Origin: Nanobdellota archaeon
Lineage (GTDB): Archaea > Nanobdellota > Nanobdellia > Pacearchaeales > GW2011-AR1
Length of the DNA: 64,000 bases
Direction: 5' to 3'
Assembly (NCBI GenBank): GCA_022561055.1
Contig: JADFRY010000001.1
Location: 57,025 to 121,024 of the forward strand
How positions within the stretch are numbered: the first letter of the stretch is position 1; every line of letters starts with the position of its first letter. Position numbers and translations under genes: made by a program. Of the stretch, positions 9,355-18,378 are shown piece after piece. The notes below the pieces were generated by a model. That model did not search any database, had not been told where the DNA came from, and worked only from the letters and a program-made list of their open reading frames with translations.

Positions 9355-10326
9355 TTACAATCTGACTCTACTAAGCTTATCCATTTCTGTTATAAGCTTT
9401 TTTTCTGTTTCTTTATCAGAAGCACTATGTCCTCCTAGAGTAAAATATAACTTCGAACCTTTGATTCTTTCATGTAATGCATATGCTGATAAAGGACTAC
9501 ATACGCAATCATATCTTCCATGGACTATTGATACGGGTATTTTATTAAGCTTAGGCGCATTTTTTAAAATATAATCCTTGGGTAAGAAACATTTATGAAC
9601 TAAGTAATGAAGTTCGATTGAGGAAAACGCTTCGTATTTGATTTCTTTTAACCATTTTTTAATTTTTTTGTCAGATGGAGAGAGACATGATACTGAAAAC
9701 TCATATTCTGCCCAGGCACGCGTGAACTTTTTACGGGTTTTTTTATTTTTAGCTTTTATCATTTTGTAATAATATTCTTCTATAAGCCTTTTTTTAATAT
9801 ATTTTTTTGGGATTATAGATGTAAATTTTTTCCATGCTTCCGGAAAGATATTTCTAGATTCATAGATAAAATAATCGTTTTCTTGTTTTGATGCTAGGAA
9901 GATTCCTCCTATAACTATGCCTGCTATAGTTTTAGGATAGTTGATTGCATAAACTAACGAGAGAGTAGAGCCCCAGCTTCCTCCAAAGAGAAAGGTTTTT
10001 TTAATTTTAAGATGGTCGAGAAGTTTTTTTATATCTTTAATTAATTTTTGAGTTGTGTTATTTTTTAAAGATGCAAATGGTTTGCTTTTTCCAGATCCTC
10101 TTTGGTCAAAAGTTATAATGTTAAATACTTTCGGATTAAAAAATCTTTTATGTTTTTGGCTAAAACCTCCTCCAGGGCCACCATGGATAAAGAACACTGG
10201 CTTTCCCTTTGGATTACCGCTTAGTTCATAATAAATTTTGTGTCTGTCGCCAACATTAAGATATCCTTTTTTGTAAGTTTTTATATTTTTGTAAACCATA
10301 TTAGCCGGCAATTCCTCCGAGGGCAA
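9355..10326 (-). CDS. pip: proline iminopeptidase-like alpha/beta hydrolase (S33)
   Basis: 'FFIHGGPGGG' and nucleophile elbow 'GGSWGSTL' (GxSxG). Confidence 0.7.
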   Translation of the reverse strand: MPSEELPANMVYKNIKTYKKGYLNVGDRHKIYYELSGNPKGKPVFFIHGGPGGGFSQKHKRFFNPKVFNIITFDQRGSGKSKPFASLKNNTTQKLIKDIKKLLDHLKIKKTFLFGGSWGSTLSLVYAINYPKTIAGIVIGGIFLASKQENDYFIYESRNIFPEAWKKFTSIIPKKYIKKRLIEEYYYKMIKAKNKKTRKKFTRAWAEYEFSVSCLSPSDKKIKKWLKEIKYEAFSSIELHYLVHKCFLPKDYILKNAPKLNKIPVSIVHGRYDCVCSPLSAYALHERIKGSKLYFTLGGHSASDKETEKKLITEMDKLSRVRL

Positions 10327-12457
10327 CTCCTGCTAAGATAGAAAGAGTGAGAATTGATAATAATGCTGTTGCTATGTAAAGTAGGATTCCTCTTTTTAAG
10401 TTTCGGGATAGTTCGTATTTTTCTCTTAGTTTGTCTTTTCCGGCATCTACTGTAACTAATGTTGCTGTCAGTATGAAAATTATTTCAACAATGTAAATTC
10501 CTATCGATACTTGTATGAAATAAGGAGGAATCATTTCTGTTATGTTGAATATATTTGTGATGTTTGCTATTGAGCCGAAGCCTGCTAATTCTTGGCCTCC
10601 TAGTCCTGCGGTTGTCAGGCCTTGTAATCTATTTAGAATCATCGTAATCATCGCTGATAGACCAACTACAATTCCTGCTAGTAAAGGTGCGAGGAAGACC
10701 ATGTTTGATTTCATGTCTGAGACTACTTCTGCCAGTAAATCACGGAGTCTTTCATTGATTTTTTGGATGTTTTTTACATACTCAGAGATTGACATTAGAC
10801 TTCTTGCCGCTATTTGAAGACCTTTTTTAACAGACTCTACTAAAATCCTCATGCTTGTTGCAATTAAGGCAGAAGGATAGTAAATTATTGCGCCTCTTCT
10901 CGGATGGAATATTGCTTTTTCTAAAGACATGCCTCGTTGTTGTATGTTTTGGCTGACTAGACTGAAGAAAGTTTGAGTTCTTTGTCCTTGAGTTAATTGA
11001 GCAATTTTTGAAAATGCGATTTCTGCAGGAGTTCCGTCGCCCAGTCTGTTTCCCAACTGGAATAATGAATTTGTGAATTCACTTTCAAGTTCTATTGTTT
11101 TATTTCTTGCTTTTATCAAGTCTCTGGTTTTCATTTTGTATGTTATTGAGAAAAATAAAGCGATTGATAAGGGGATGAAGAGACTCAGTAAGATTGCTAT
11201 TATTCCAAAAGGTCCTACCACATCGCCGTTTTGTAGTTGTTTAAAGTCAAATATTTTTAAATCTTGAAAAAATGGAAGACCGAGTTCACTGAAAGTATAA
11301 TCGCTTTGCAGGCCTAACGGGCCAGTTATAAAATCTATTTGGAATATGAATGGTAGAAATCCTAAAATTAGTAGAGGTAAGGCTATTGAGAAAGCGACAA
11401 ACCAAGGTTTTCTGGATTTGAATTTATAATATTGTGGATTTAATTCTAAGATTGAAGTTTCGCCGTAACCACCGGGTCTTTTTAGCAAGACTTCCGAAGT
11501 CATGTAAAATACGAGAAATGGTATGATTAAATTGAAGAAGATGAAGATGTGGTGCCATTGTATTAATCCGCCGAGAAGAGTCGATGCCAATGGTAAGAGA
11601 GCAAGACCGAGTGTTGGGAGAATAATTCCGAGCATGTATAAATTTGTTAGAGGACTTCTAATTTCTCTCGAATAACGGAGCATTTTTTCGTAGACGCCAT
11701 CGAGGATTACTTGTAATGCTTTTTCTAAAATCTGCACTCTTCTTGTTTCTGATGGCTCGTAAAGACTCGATTCAATTAAATGGAAGGATTCGATAAATTC
11801 TGGTGCATAATCGCGCCATGTTTCTAAGTAGTTATCGAGAGATTGTTTTATGCTTGAGAATTTGCCGACTTCAACGTCGTAAAATACTTTTTTGAAATCC
11901 AGAGAAAGCGGGGTTGGGAGATGTTGTGAGGCAAAATCTATTGCTCTTTCTAAATTTGAGGTGTGTTTCATATATACTACAAGATATAAGATTGCAGGAA
12001 CCATTTGAGAGGAGGCTTTTAGGCGCCAGGAGTTTGCCAATCTTCGCGGCATTGTATATATATAATAGAAAACAAAGAGGCTTGCTAATATCCCGAGGAA
12101 GGCGAATAAGAGTTGAATTGTTCCGGTGACTAGATATATTGCCATGGTGATTAAAATAATGCCAAAGAAAATTAGCAATAAAGAAAATACTGCGAGAGTT
12201 AGAGCTTGACTCGGAGTGACTTCTAAGTGAGCTATATCCAGATATTTTTGTACTTTTTCTTTTTCTTTTTTTGAGATTTTTATTTTTACTAAGTTTCCTA
12301 AAGTTTGAGCCCATCTTCTATAGCGCGACATTTCTGGAAGCATTTCTTGTTTGAATGTGATATACTCGCGAGAATATCTTTGGTCAGCAGAAGAAGAACG
12401 CATTTCAGTCTCTATTTTTTTACTATATTTTCTGAGAATTTCATCTGTTGTCGGCAT
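10301..12457 (-). CDS. type IV pilus platform membrane protein (FlaJ/TadC/PilC-like, T2SS-F domains)
   Basis: 718 aa, two blocks of TM helices separated by cytoplasmic domains; sits between ATPase and pilin genes. Confidence 0.6.
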   Translation of the reverse strand: MPTTDEILRKYSKKIETEMRSSSADQRYSREYITFKQEMLPEMSRYRRWAQTLGNLVKIKISKKEKEKVQKYLDIAHLEVTPSQALTLAVFSLLLIFFGIILITMAIYLVTGTIQLLFAFLGILASLFVFYYIYTMPRRLANSWRLKASSQMVPAILYLVVYMKHTSNLERAIDFASQHLPTPLSLDFKKVFYDVEVGKFSSIKQSLDNYLETWRDYAPEFIESFHLIESSLYEPSETRRVQILEKALQVILDGVYEKMLRYSREIRSPLTNLYMLGIILPTLGLALLPLASTLLGGLIQWHHIFIFFNLIIPFLVFYMTSEVLLKRPGGYGETSILELNPQYYKFKSRKPWFVAFSIALPLLILGFLPFIFQIDFITGPLGLQSDYTFSELGLPFFQDLKIFDFKQLQNGDVVGPFGIIAILLSLFIPLSIALFFSITYKMKTRDLIKARNKTIELESEFTNSLFQLGNRLGDGTPAEIAFSKIAQLTQGQRTQTFFSLVSQNIQQRGMSLEKAIFHPRRGAIIYYPSALIATSMRILVESVKKGLQIAARSLMSISEYVKNIQKINERLRDLLAEVVSDMKSNMVFLAPLLAGIVVGLSAMITMILNRLQGLTTAGLGGQELAGFGSIANITNIFNITEMIPPYFIQVSIGIYIVEIIFILTATLVTVDAGKDKLREKYELSRNLKRGILLYIATALLSILTLSILAGVALGGIAG

Positions 12458-12597
12458 CTACAAACCTCTTTTTTATTTATTTAGTAATGAAAAGGAAAGT
12501 TATAAAGATTGCTAACGAGTTTTGTTGGAGTTTTATTGGAAATGAATGTTTTGCAGGAATGATTAGATTTATAATAATTGGATTATTTTATTATCAC

Positions 12598-12753
12598 ATG
12601 AAGAAAAAAGGGATAATTGTTGCGCAGAGTATGATTGTTTGGTGGATTCTTGCAATTCTCGGTTTAGTTGTGTTACTTATTTTGTATATGGTTTTTAGTG
12701 GGAAAGGCCAGGAGCTGATTGAGTTTTTTGAGAATGTAAGGAGGTTTAGATGA
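12598..12753 (+). CDS. mini pilin-like protein (51 aa) with class III signal peptide
   Basis: Internal start MKKKG|IIVAQSMIVWWILAILGLVVLLIL inside listed ORF 12448..12753; stop overlaps next gene start (ATGA). Confidence 0.35.
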   Translation: MKKKGIIVAQSMIVWWILAILGLVVLLILYMVFSGKGQELIEFFENVRRFR

Positions 12754-13559
12754 ATAAACGGGCAATTGCAGGAATAGCTGTTGTTAGTATAATTTTAGTG
12801 GCATTTGCGTTGATTTTAGGTACAGTGATTATTTGGAAATCTTATGGTGGTTCTGGAGGTTTTATTAATATATTTAAGATTATTATTCCGAGTTTTGGGG
12901 GAGAGCAGCCGAGGGCTGAAGAAATTGTAATAATACGTTATGGTATTTTAGATGATAATGTGCAGTATTCTGAAGACGGTAGAAACTGGTTTGATTTTCC
13001 AGAATTACTCGTGGTAGATGATAAGGAATTTAAAGGAAAAGATTTAAGACAGGATTTTGAGGGTTATTATTATGGTGAAGGGAGACAGAATGAATTGCCT
13101 GTTGATATAAAACTAAGTCCAAAAGCACAGTCTGAATTTTATCCAAAGAATTTTGAAATTCCCTTTCTTAATGCCGAGATTGAAAGATTTTGCAAAGAAA
13201 AAGATGATATTAGATGTAAGCTTGGTGGTAAGAGTGTGGGTCCTTATTTTGTAAGAGTTCTTTTGAAGAATTATGCTGGAGAAAAACTTACAGATGAAAG
13301 ACCTGGAACAGATTATGGTGATTTTTTAGTAAGCCTTGATGGAAAGATTTTCTTTAGAGAATCCGGTAAGTCTGGTTCTGGAAGGAGTGAGGTTACTAAG
13401 TTAACTGATAGTCATAGGACAATTATTAATGCAGTTAGTAGTTGGAGAGAGAGTGTTTTTGAAAAGCCTATTACTATCTCAGGTTTTGGCGATTTCGAAA
13501 CTGAGAAGATCGATGATTATATTGTGGTAAATTTGAATGAACTGTTTAAGTTAAAATGA
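12750..13559 (+). CDS. pilin-like protein with N-terminal class III signal/TM
   Basis: MNKRAIAG|IAVVSIILVAFALILG then soluble domain. Confidence 0.55.
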   Translation: MNKRAIAGIAVVSIILVAFALILGTVIIWKSYGGSGGFINIFKIIIPSFGGEQPRAEEIVIIRYGILDDNVQYSEDGRNWFDFPELLVVDDKEFKGKDLRQDFEGYYYGEGRQNELPVDIKLSPKAQSEFYPKNFEIPFLNAEIERFCKEKDDIRCKLGGKSVGPYFVRVLLKNYAGEKLTDERPGTDYGDFLVSLDGKIFFRESGKSGSGRSEVTKLTDSHRTIINAVSSWRESVFEKPITISGFGDFETEKIDDYIVVNLNELFKLK

Positions 13560-13668
13560 AAAAAGGTCTAACTGGAGAGTCTATGACTTCAATCTTGGTA
13601 TGGATTATATTTTTTGCTTTAGCTGTGGCTGCAGTTGTTTTTTTGTTGTTGAGGAGACTCGCTTCGTA
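13556..13668 (+). CDS. mini pilin-like protein (37 aa), not in ORF track
   Basis: ATG 13556 overlaps stop of upstream gene (ATGA); MKKG|LTGESMTSILVWIIFFALAVAAVVFLLLRRLAS = canonical archaeal prepilin signal KKG + hydrophobic helix. Confidence 0.45.
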
Positions 13669-13700
13669 ATTGTTATAAACTCTGTATTATTTTAGTTCTT

Positions 13701-14732
13701 ATGGATTTTAGCAAAAAGGGGGAGCTGACATCTACGCAGATTATTGGAATCGTTTTGGCGATAGCTGGTTTCATAGTTGTTTTGATTTTTTTAGCTATTA
13801 TTTTCAAGGATAAGGGAGAAACTAATAGAGAGCTTTGTCTTCTTTCTGTTATTACGAGAGCGACAGCGCCAGATGTATTACAATATAAAATTCCTCTGAA
13901 ATGCACGACTGATAAGATTTGTATGACTAGCAAGCTATTCGGAGGAAAATGTAAGCAATTTGCAGGAGAGGAAAATGTGAGGGTTGTTAAGCTGAAAGGT
14001 AATGTTAAAGAAAAAGCAAGGATTATTGAAAGAGAATCTGCTAATGCGATGTTTGATTGTTGGAGCATGATGGGAGAAGGAAAAGTAGATTTGTTTCATA
14101 ATTTGCCTGAGAAATTTATTGGCAGTTCAGGAGAGCCAACTTGCGTTATTTGCAGTAGGGTAGCAGTGTCGGATGATGTCGATGAATTAATTCTTAAGGA
14201 AGTGGATTTAGGCGAGTATTTAAGAAAAAATCAAGTTCCTGGCTCGAGTTTAACTTACTTACAAACTTTTACTGATAGGAGTGTGAATGCTTATGCTTCT
14301 GAAGAAGGTGTTAATTTTGAGAGTCCGAATGAGAAGAATAAAGCTCCAAAAGAAATTAGGGGTTTAAGTGATAATCAAATTGCTTTTGTTTTTTCGCAGG
14401 TTAAGACTGAGAAGGTTGGAGATGTTTTGACAAGTTTGGGAGGTGCTGTTGTTGGAACCGCATTTGTGATTCCAGGGAATTTGAAAATTGCAAGAGCGCT
14501 TTTTCTTGGTCCCCAAGCTATCGTAACTGTTCTTGTTGTTGGAGGAGTAGCAGCAGCTGTTGGATTTAATGCTTATTCGGGAAGAACAGCTGCGGCTGGC
14601 TATTGCGGAAATTTTGTTAGTAATGTGGAAGAAGGCAAAGTTAGATCTGGATGTTCTTTAGTACAAGCAGTTAATTACAATGTTCAGGATATTAATGCGT
14701 TGTGTCCGAGCAATGTACAGGGAAGTCCTTAG
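13701..14732 (+). CDS. pilin-like surface protein (class III signal peptide), Cys-containing
   Basis: MDFSKKGE|LTSTQIIGIVLAIAGFIVVLIF. Confidence 0.55.
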   Translation: MDFSKKGELTSTQIIGIVLAIAGFIVVLIFLAIIFKDKGETNRELCLLSVITRATAPDVLQYKIPLKCTTDKICMTSKLFGGKCKQFAGEENVRVVKLKGNVKEKARIIERESANAMFDCWSMMGEGKVDLFHNLPEKFIGSSGEPTCVICSRVAVSDDVDELILKEVDLGEYLRKNQVPGSSLTYLQTFTDRSVNAYASEEGVNFESPNEKNKAPKEIRGLSDNQIAFVFSQVKTEKVGDVLTSLGGAVVGTAFVIPGNLKIARALFLGPQAIVTVLVVGGVAAAVGFNAYSGRTAAAGYCGNFVSNVEEGKVRSGCSLVQAVNYNVQDINALCPSNVQGSP

Positions 14733-14737
14733 TTAAG

Positions 14738-15349
14738 ATGAGAAAAAAAGGAATTTTAATAAAAAACGTGATGGCGTTGGTTATCGCAGTCATCGGTCTT
14801 TTGATACTTTCTGTAGTGGTTGTTAGATTATATCAGATTAATGTAAATCAAGAGCAAGAAAATGCACGAAAGACGATTGATAATATTATGGGAAAAATTG
14901 TGCTTTTAGAGGACGGCGAGATAGGAAGGTTTGCGATTCAGGGTTTTAAAGGTTCTAAAAATTGGTATTTGGTTGGATGGGATAAAAGATTTGAAGATAG
15001 GCCTGATAAATGCTTTTTGGACAATTGTATTTGTATTTGTAAGGGGAATACCCCAACTGCTTGTCAAAGTACGGGTTTTTGTAGAAATGTAAAAAATGAG
15101 GAGGTCTTTGTTTATTCTGAATTAGTAGTTTCTGGTGTTCCGCCTGCTGGGGAGATTAGGTATCCGGCATGCATAAGTTTCTTTCCTAGTTTACAAGAGA
15201 TCCAAGTATACAAAAATATTTCTCATTTAACTATCTTCTCAGAGACAGGAGGAAGAGGTTCATGTAAAGTGATAGAAAAAAGAGGTTATTTTCCTCATTA
15301 CAGGTTTCAGTTACCTTTATATTTATTGAATTATTTTCATTTATTATGA
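14738..15349 (+). CDS. pilin-like protein (class III signal peptide), Cys-rich
   Basis: Start moved to MRKKG|ILIKNVMALVIAVIGLLIL (listed ORF starts 14702 inside upstream gene). Confidence 0.55.
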   Translation: MRKKGILIKNVMALVIAVIGLLILSVVVVRLYQINVNQEQENARKTIDNIMGKIVLLEDGEIGRFAIQGFKGSKNWYLVGWDKRFEDRPDKCFLDNCICICKGNTPTACQSTGFCRNVKNEEVFVYSELVVSGVPPAGEIRYPACISFFPSLQEIQVYKNISHLTIFSETGGRGSCKVIEKRGYFPHYRFQLPLYLLNYFHLL

Positions 15350-15789
15350 ACAAAAGAGGAGAAAGCGCAGGAGATAATATTCTTTTCAATAATTTGATTT
15401 ATATGATTTTATTTATCCTATTTTTCTTGGGTATGTTTTATTATGTTTTAGGATTTCAAAATGGAGCTGCTTTATTGGAGGATTTTTATGCAAAAGAAAT
15501 TAGCAGGATGATTAACGCAGCCGAGCTAGGAACAGAAACAGAAGTTTCTTTAGACGTGACAAAGGCCACCGAAATTGCTTTTAAGAAAGGAGTCAGGAGG
15601 AGTGATATTTTTAATTTTGATAATGTCAATAATAAAGTCATAGTAAGTTTGAGACTCAATGGAGGAACCTCCTTTAATTTTTTTAATGATGTCGATGTTG
15701 TAGATTGGGATATTAAATTAGTTTCTGGAGGTATTGAAACGAATAGACTTTATTTTAAAATTGTGGAAAAGCAGAGGGAGTCAGAATAA
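15346..15789 (+). CDS. pilin-like protein (class III signal peptide)
   Basis: MNKRGESAGDN|ILFNNLIYMILFILFFLG; ATGA overlap with upstream stop. Confidence 0.55.
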   Translation: MNKRGESAGDNILFNNLIYMILFILFFLGMFYYVLGFQNGAALLEDFYAKEISRMINAAELGTETEVSLDVTKATEIAFKKGVRRSDIFNFDNVNNKVIVSLRLNGGTSFNFFNDVDVVDWDIKLVSGGIETNRLYFKIVEKQRESE

Positions 15790-15790
15790 A

Positions 15791-16255
15791 ATGAATAGGA
15801 GTATGAATAGAAAGGGAGATGCTGGGGATTCGTTGATGTTTTTTGCATTTTTCTTTTTAATGATTATTATTGGTGGGGGTATATCTTTAGGCTTGTATGC
15901 TTTTTATGGACAAGGCCATGATTTTCGTCAAGCAGAAGCAGATGTTTTAGGAAAGAGAGTCGAGGATTGCTTCATGAAAAATGATTTTTTCGAGGCAGGA
16001 TTTAATGAAACTATTTATAAAAAGTGCGGATTTAATAAAGGAGTTATTGAAAAAGACCATCTTATTTATGTAAGAAATCAAGTGGGAAATGAGTTTTTTA
16101 TCGGCGTTTTGGATTATAAAAATCAGTGTTTTTTTAAAGGTGCTGAAAAAAATAAGAATTTTCCCAGATGTGCGAAGTTCACAATCACAAAGAGCGGACA
16201 AGAATTTGAAGTCATAGTCGGAAGTAATCAAAATTCGAGGAGCATAATATTATGA
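15791..16255 (+). CDS. pilin-like protein (class III signal peptide)
   Basis: Start moved to MNRSMNRKGDAGDS|LMFFAFFFLMIIIGG. Confidence 0.5.
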   Translation: MNRSMNRKGDAGDSLMFFAFFFLMIIIGGGISLGLYAFYGQGHDFRQAEADVLGKRVEDCFMKNDFFEAGFNETIYKKCGFNKGVIEKDHLIYVRNQVGNEFFIGVLDYKNQCFFKGAEKNKNFPRCAKFTITKSGQEFEVIVGSNQNSRSIIL

Positions 16256-16839
16256 GAACTAAAAAAGGACAAATTGGGCAAATTATAACAAGTTTACCAG
16301 TTATAATTTTAGTATTTATTTTAATGCTTGTTTTTGTTATTGTTTCTGCAGCTGTTTTCGGAGTTAAAGGAGATACGGTAAAATCTGAACCTTCTTTGTC
16401 GAGTAGTTTGTTGTTAAAAGAAATTGAGATCGATGGAGAAAATATTTTTGTTTTTGATGCGATTAAGAATTTTGGGGTAATCTATTCTAAAGAAGGAGTT
16501 GAAAAAAAGGATATTTTTGAGAAAGAGCTGATGAAACTTGTTGATGAAAATAAAGATTGTCTCGTTCTGTTTAAGACTGATAAAAGAAAAGATATTTTGA
16601 GTGCGTTAAGAAAAGAGAACTTTTATTCTACGAGTCTTTTTATCATGGAATATATTGATGAAGAGGCAGTGCGTTCTTCTATTTTATCTTGGACTGACGC
16701 AGAGGATAAACTTAGATATCTCGGAAACAAATTTGGTTGGCCAGGTTCATTTAACGAAGTTTCTTATGTAAAAGATGAAAAACGTTTTTTTATTTATTCA
16801 TACTATGGAAGGTGTAAGAATGGAGCTACGAATGAATAA
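16252..16839 (+). CDS. pilin-like protein (class III signal peptide)
   Basis: MRTKKGQ|IGQIITSLPVIILVFILMLVFVIV; ATGA overlap. Confidence 0.6.
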   Translation: MRTKKGQIGQIITSLPVIILVFILMLVFVIVSAAVFGVKGDTVKSEPSLSSSLLLKEIEIDGENIFVFDAIKNFGVIYSKEGVEKKDIFEKELMKLVDENKDCLVLFKTDKRKDILSALRKENFYSTSLFIMEYIDEEAVRSSILSWTDAEDKLRYLGNKFGWPGSFNEVSYVKDEKRFFIYSYYGRCKNGATNE

Positions 16840-17299
16840 AAGAGGCCATATACCGACAATAATGCTTTTTTTTGGAGCTTTGATTTTGGTAATTGTAACT
16901 TTGTTTTCTTTTACTAACGTGAAAAATGAATTAGGAGGAGAGTCAGAGGATTTTAATATTTTAGTTCAGGAGATTGACTTCAAGAAGAAATATATTTCTG
17001 CTGTTTTTGAAAAGATAGTTGAGGAAGCAGTCGAGAGTACAGATAAATTAAAATTTGAGGAAAGTTTTAGTGTGACTTTTGAAAAAATAAGTGATAGAAG
17101 GGATCCGAAGGATGGCAGTTTTGGTAATTTTTTTGGCAGAATAAGAAACGAGAAATATACTATAAATAAGGAAAATGGGATTTATACTTTAACTATAGAA
17201 GATGTTTTTGTTAGCTCTAATGTCGAAAAGAATGAAATGAAAAGAACTTTTCCTCTGTCAATTAGATTTAATAAAGAAGGACTGATACAGAGGAATTGA
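16832..17299 (+). CDS. pilin-like protein (class III signal peptide)
   Basis: Start moved to MNKRGH|IPTIMLFFGALILVIVTLF. Confidence 0.5.
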   Translation: MNKRGHIPTIMLFFGALILVIVTLFSFTNVKNELGGESEDFNILVQEIDFKKKYISAVFEKIVEEAVESTDKLKFEESFSVTFEKISDRRDPKDGSFGNFFGRIRNEKYTINKENGIYTLTIEDVFVSSNVEKNEMKRTFPLSIRFNKEGLIQRN

Positions 17300-17333
17300 T
17301 TTTTGGTTGTTATCAATTCTCTGTCCTTCAACT

Positions 17334-17392
17334 TCAAGAATGCTGACAATTGCATTCTTGACAGCCGTCAAGAATCTTTGATTCTTGAGGGG
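17334..17392. repeat. two TCAAGAAT-stem hairpins followed by GGGG-TCCAAACAAACACGC
   Basis: TCAAGAATGC-TGACAATT-GCATTCTTGA (17334-17361) and TCAAGAATCTTTGATTCTTGA (17368-17388, identical to 2271-2291). Confidence 0.8.
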
Positions 17393-17459
17393 TCCAAACA
17401 AACACGCAAGAACTTTGAGGTTTCATAAGATTTATAAATAAGGGGAGTTTGTTTAGTAT

Positions 17460-18089
17460 ATGTTTGAAAAGAGGTTGAATAAGAAAGGGCAGGAAGGTTT
17501 GACTCTGACCACTTTATTGTTGATAGTTTTAGGAATTGTCGTAGTTGTTGTCATAATTTTGGGAGCGACAGGTATATTTGGAGATATTTTTGGTAAGAGA
17601 GAAGCGTTTCCTAAAGCTTTAGAGGCAGTTACGCAATCGTGTAAACTTGCAGCACAGGTAAGTTTAATTGCAGATTATTGTTATGAGTTTAAGAAAATTA
17701 GCGATAATGAGTATATTAATTGTGAAGATCCGAGGGTTCAGAGTAGTTTGAGTGAGCAAGGGATTATAGTTGGGTTTAGTTGTGAACCTAGTCTTACGAA
17801 GGACGCAAAGAAAGGAGTCTGTTTGGATTTTAGTGCTGCTAAGCAGAAAGAGGTAAGGGTTGGTGGAAGATTCTGTTCTGACATTATAGGAAATGTTAAG
17901 TGTGATGATATTGCTATAGAGGTTCCCAATGATAATCCTAAAACGGATTCACAGTGGAGAGTGCAGGGAGCTTGCATAAAGTTAGGGCCTTCAGATTTAA
18001 ACAAATATGATGATGTAACTTATTTAGTTACTGATTTTACTGGTAGATCCAATGAAAATGATGTTTGTTGTAAGGTTACAGAACTTTAA
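17460..18089 (+). CDS. pilin-like protein (class III signal peptide), Cys-rich C-domain
   Basis: MFEKRLNKKGQ|EGLTLTTLLLIVLGIVVVVVIIL. Confidence 0.6.
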   Translation: MFEKRLNKKGQEGLTLTTLLLIVLGIVVVVVIILGATGIFGDIFGKREAFPKALEAVTQSCKLAAQVSLIADYCYEFKKISDNEYINCEDPRVQSSLSEQGIIVGFSCEPSLTKDAKKGVCLDFSAAKQKEVRVGGRFCSDIIGNVKCDDIAIEVPNDNPKTDSQWRVQGACIKLGPSDLNKYDDVTYLVTDFTGRSNENDVCCKVTEL

Positions 18090-18378
18090 TTTCTTTACAA
18101 ACCAATTTAAACTCTTATTTCTATTTTTATTTCATGGGAAATGATTATGGGTATCCTGAGAGAAGGAAGACTAAGAAAGATAAAAAGATGAAGCGCCGTC
18201 GTAGGGTTTATAAGAAAGGTGGGAAGTTTAGGGTGACAAAGATAAGAGAAGGATCTGAAGATTAGCTCATCCATTAGTTCTTTATTATTGTGTTATCTTT
18301 GAATGTTGGGTTAATGGTAGTAATTAGAGATATTGATTATTAATAACTTTAATAAAGCATTTTTGTTTTAATTGATGT

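Noticed and set aside
10542-12314. Short ORFs antisense or internal to the PilC-like gene (10542..10817, 11073..11267, 11871..12314, 11914..12129)
   Set aside because: They are nested within a 718-aa membrane protein gene with consistent hydrophobic periodicity, and none has an independent signature.
13673-14068. 131-aa minus-strand ORF antisense to pilin gene 13701..14732
   Set aside because: It is fully contained within a better-supported plus-strand gene, has low-complexity composition and no signal features.
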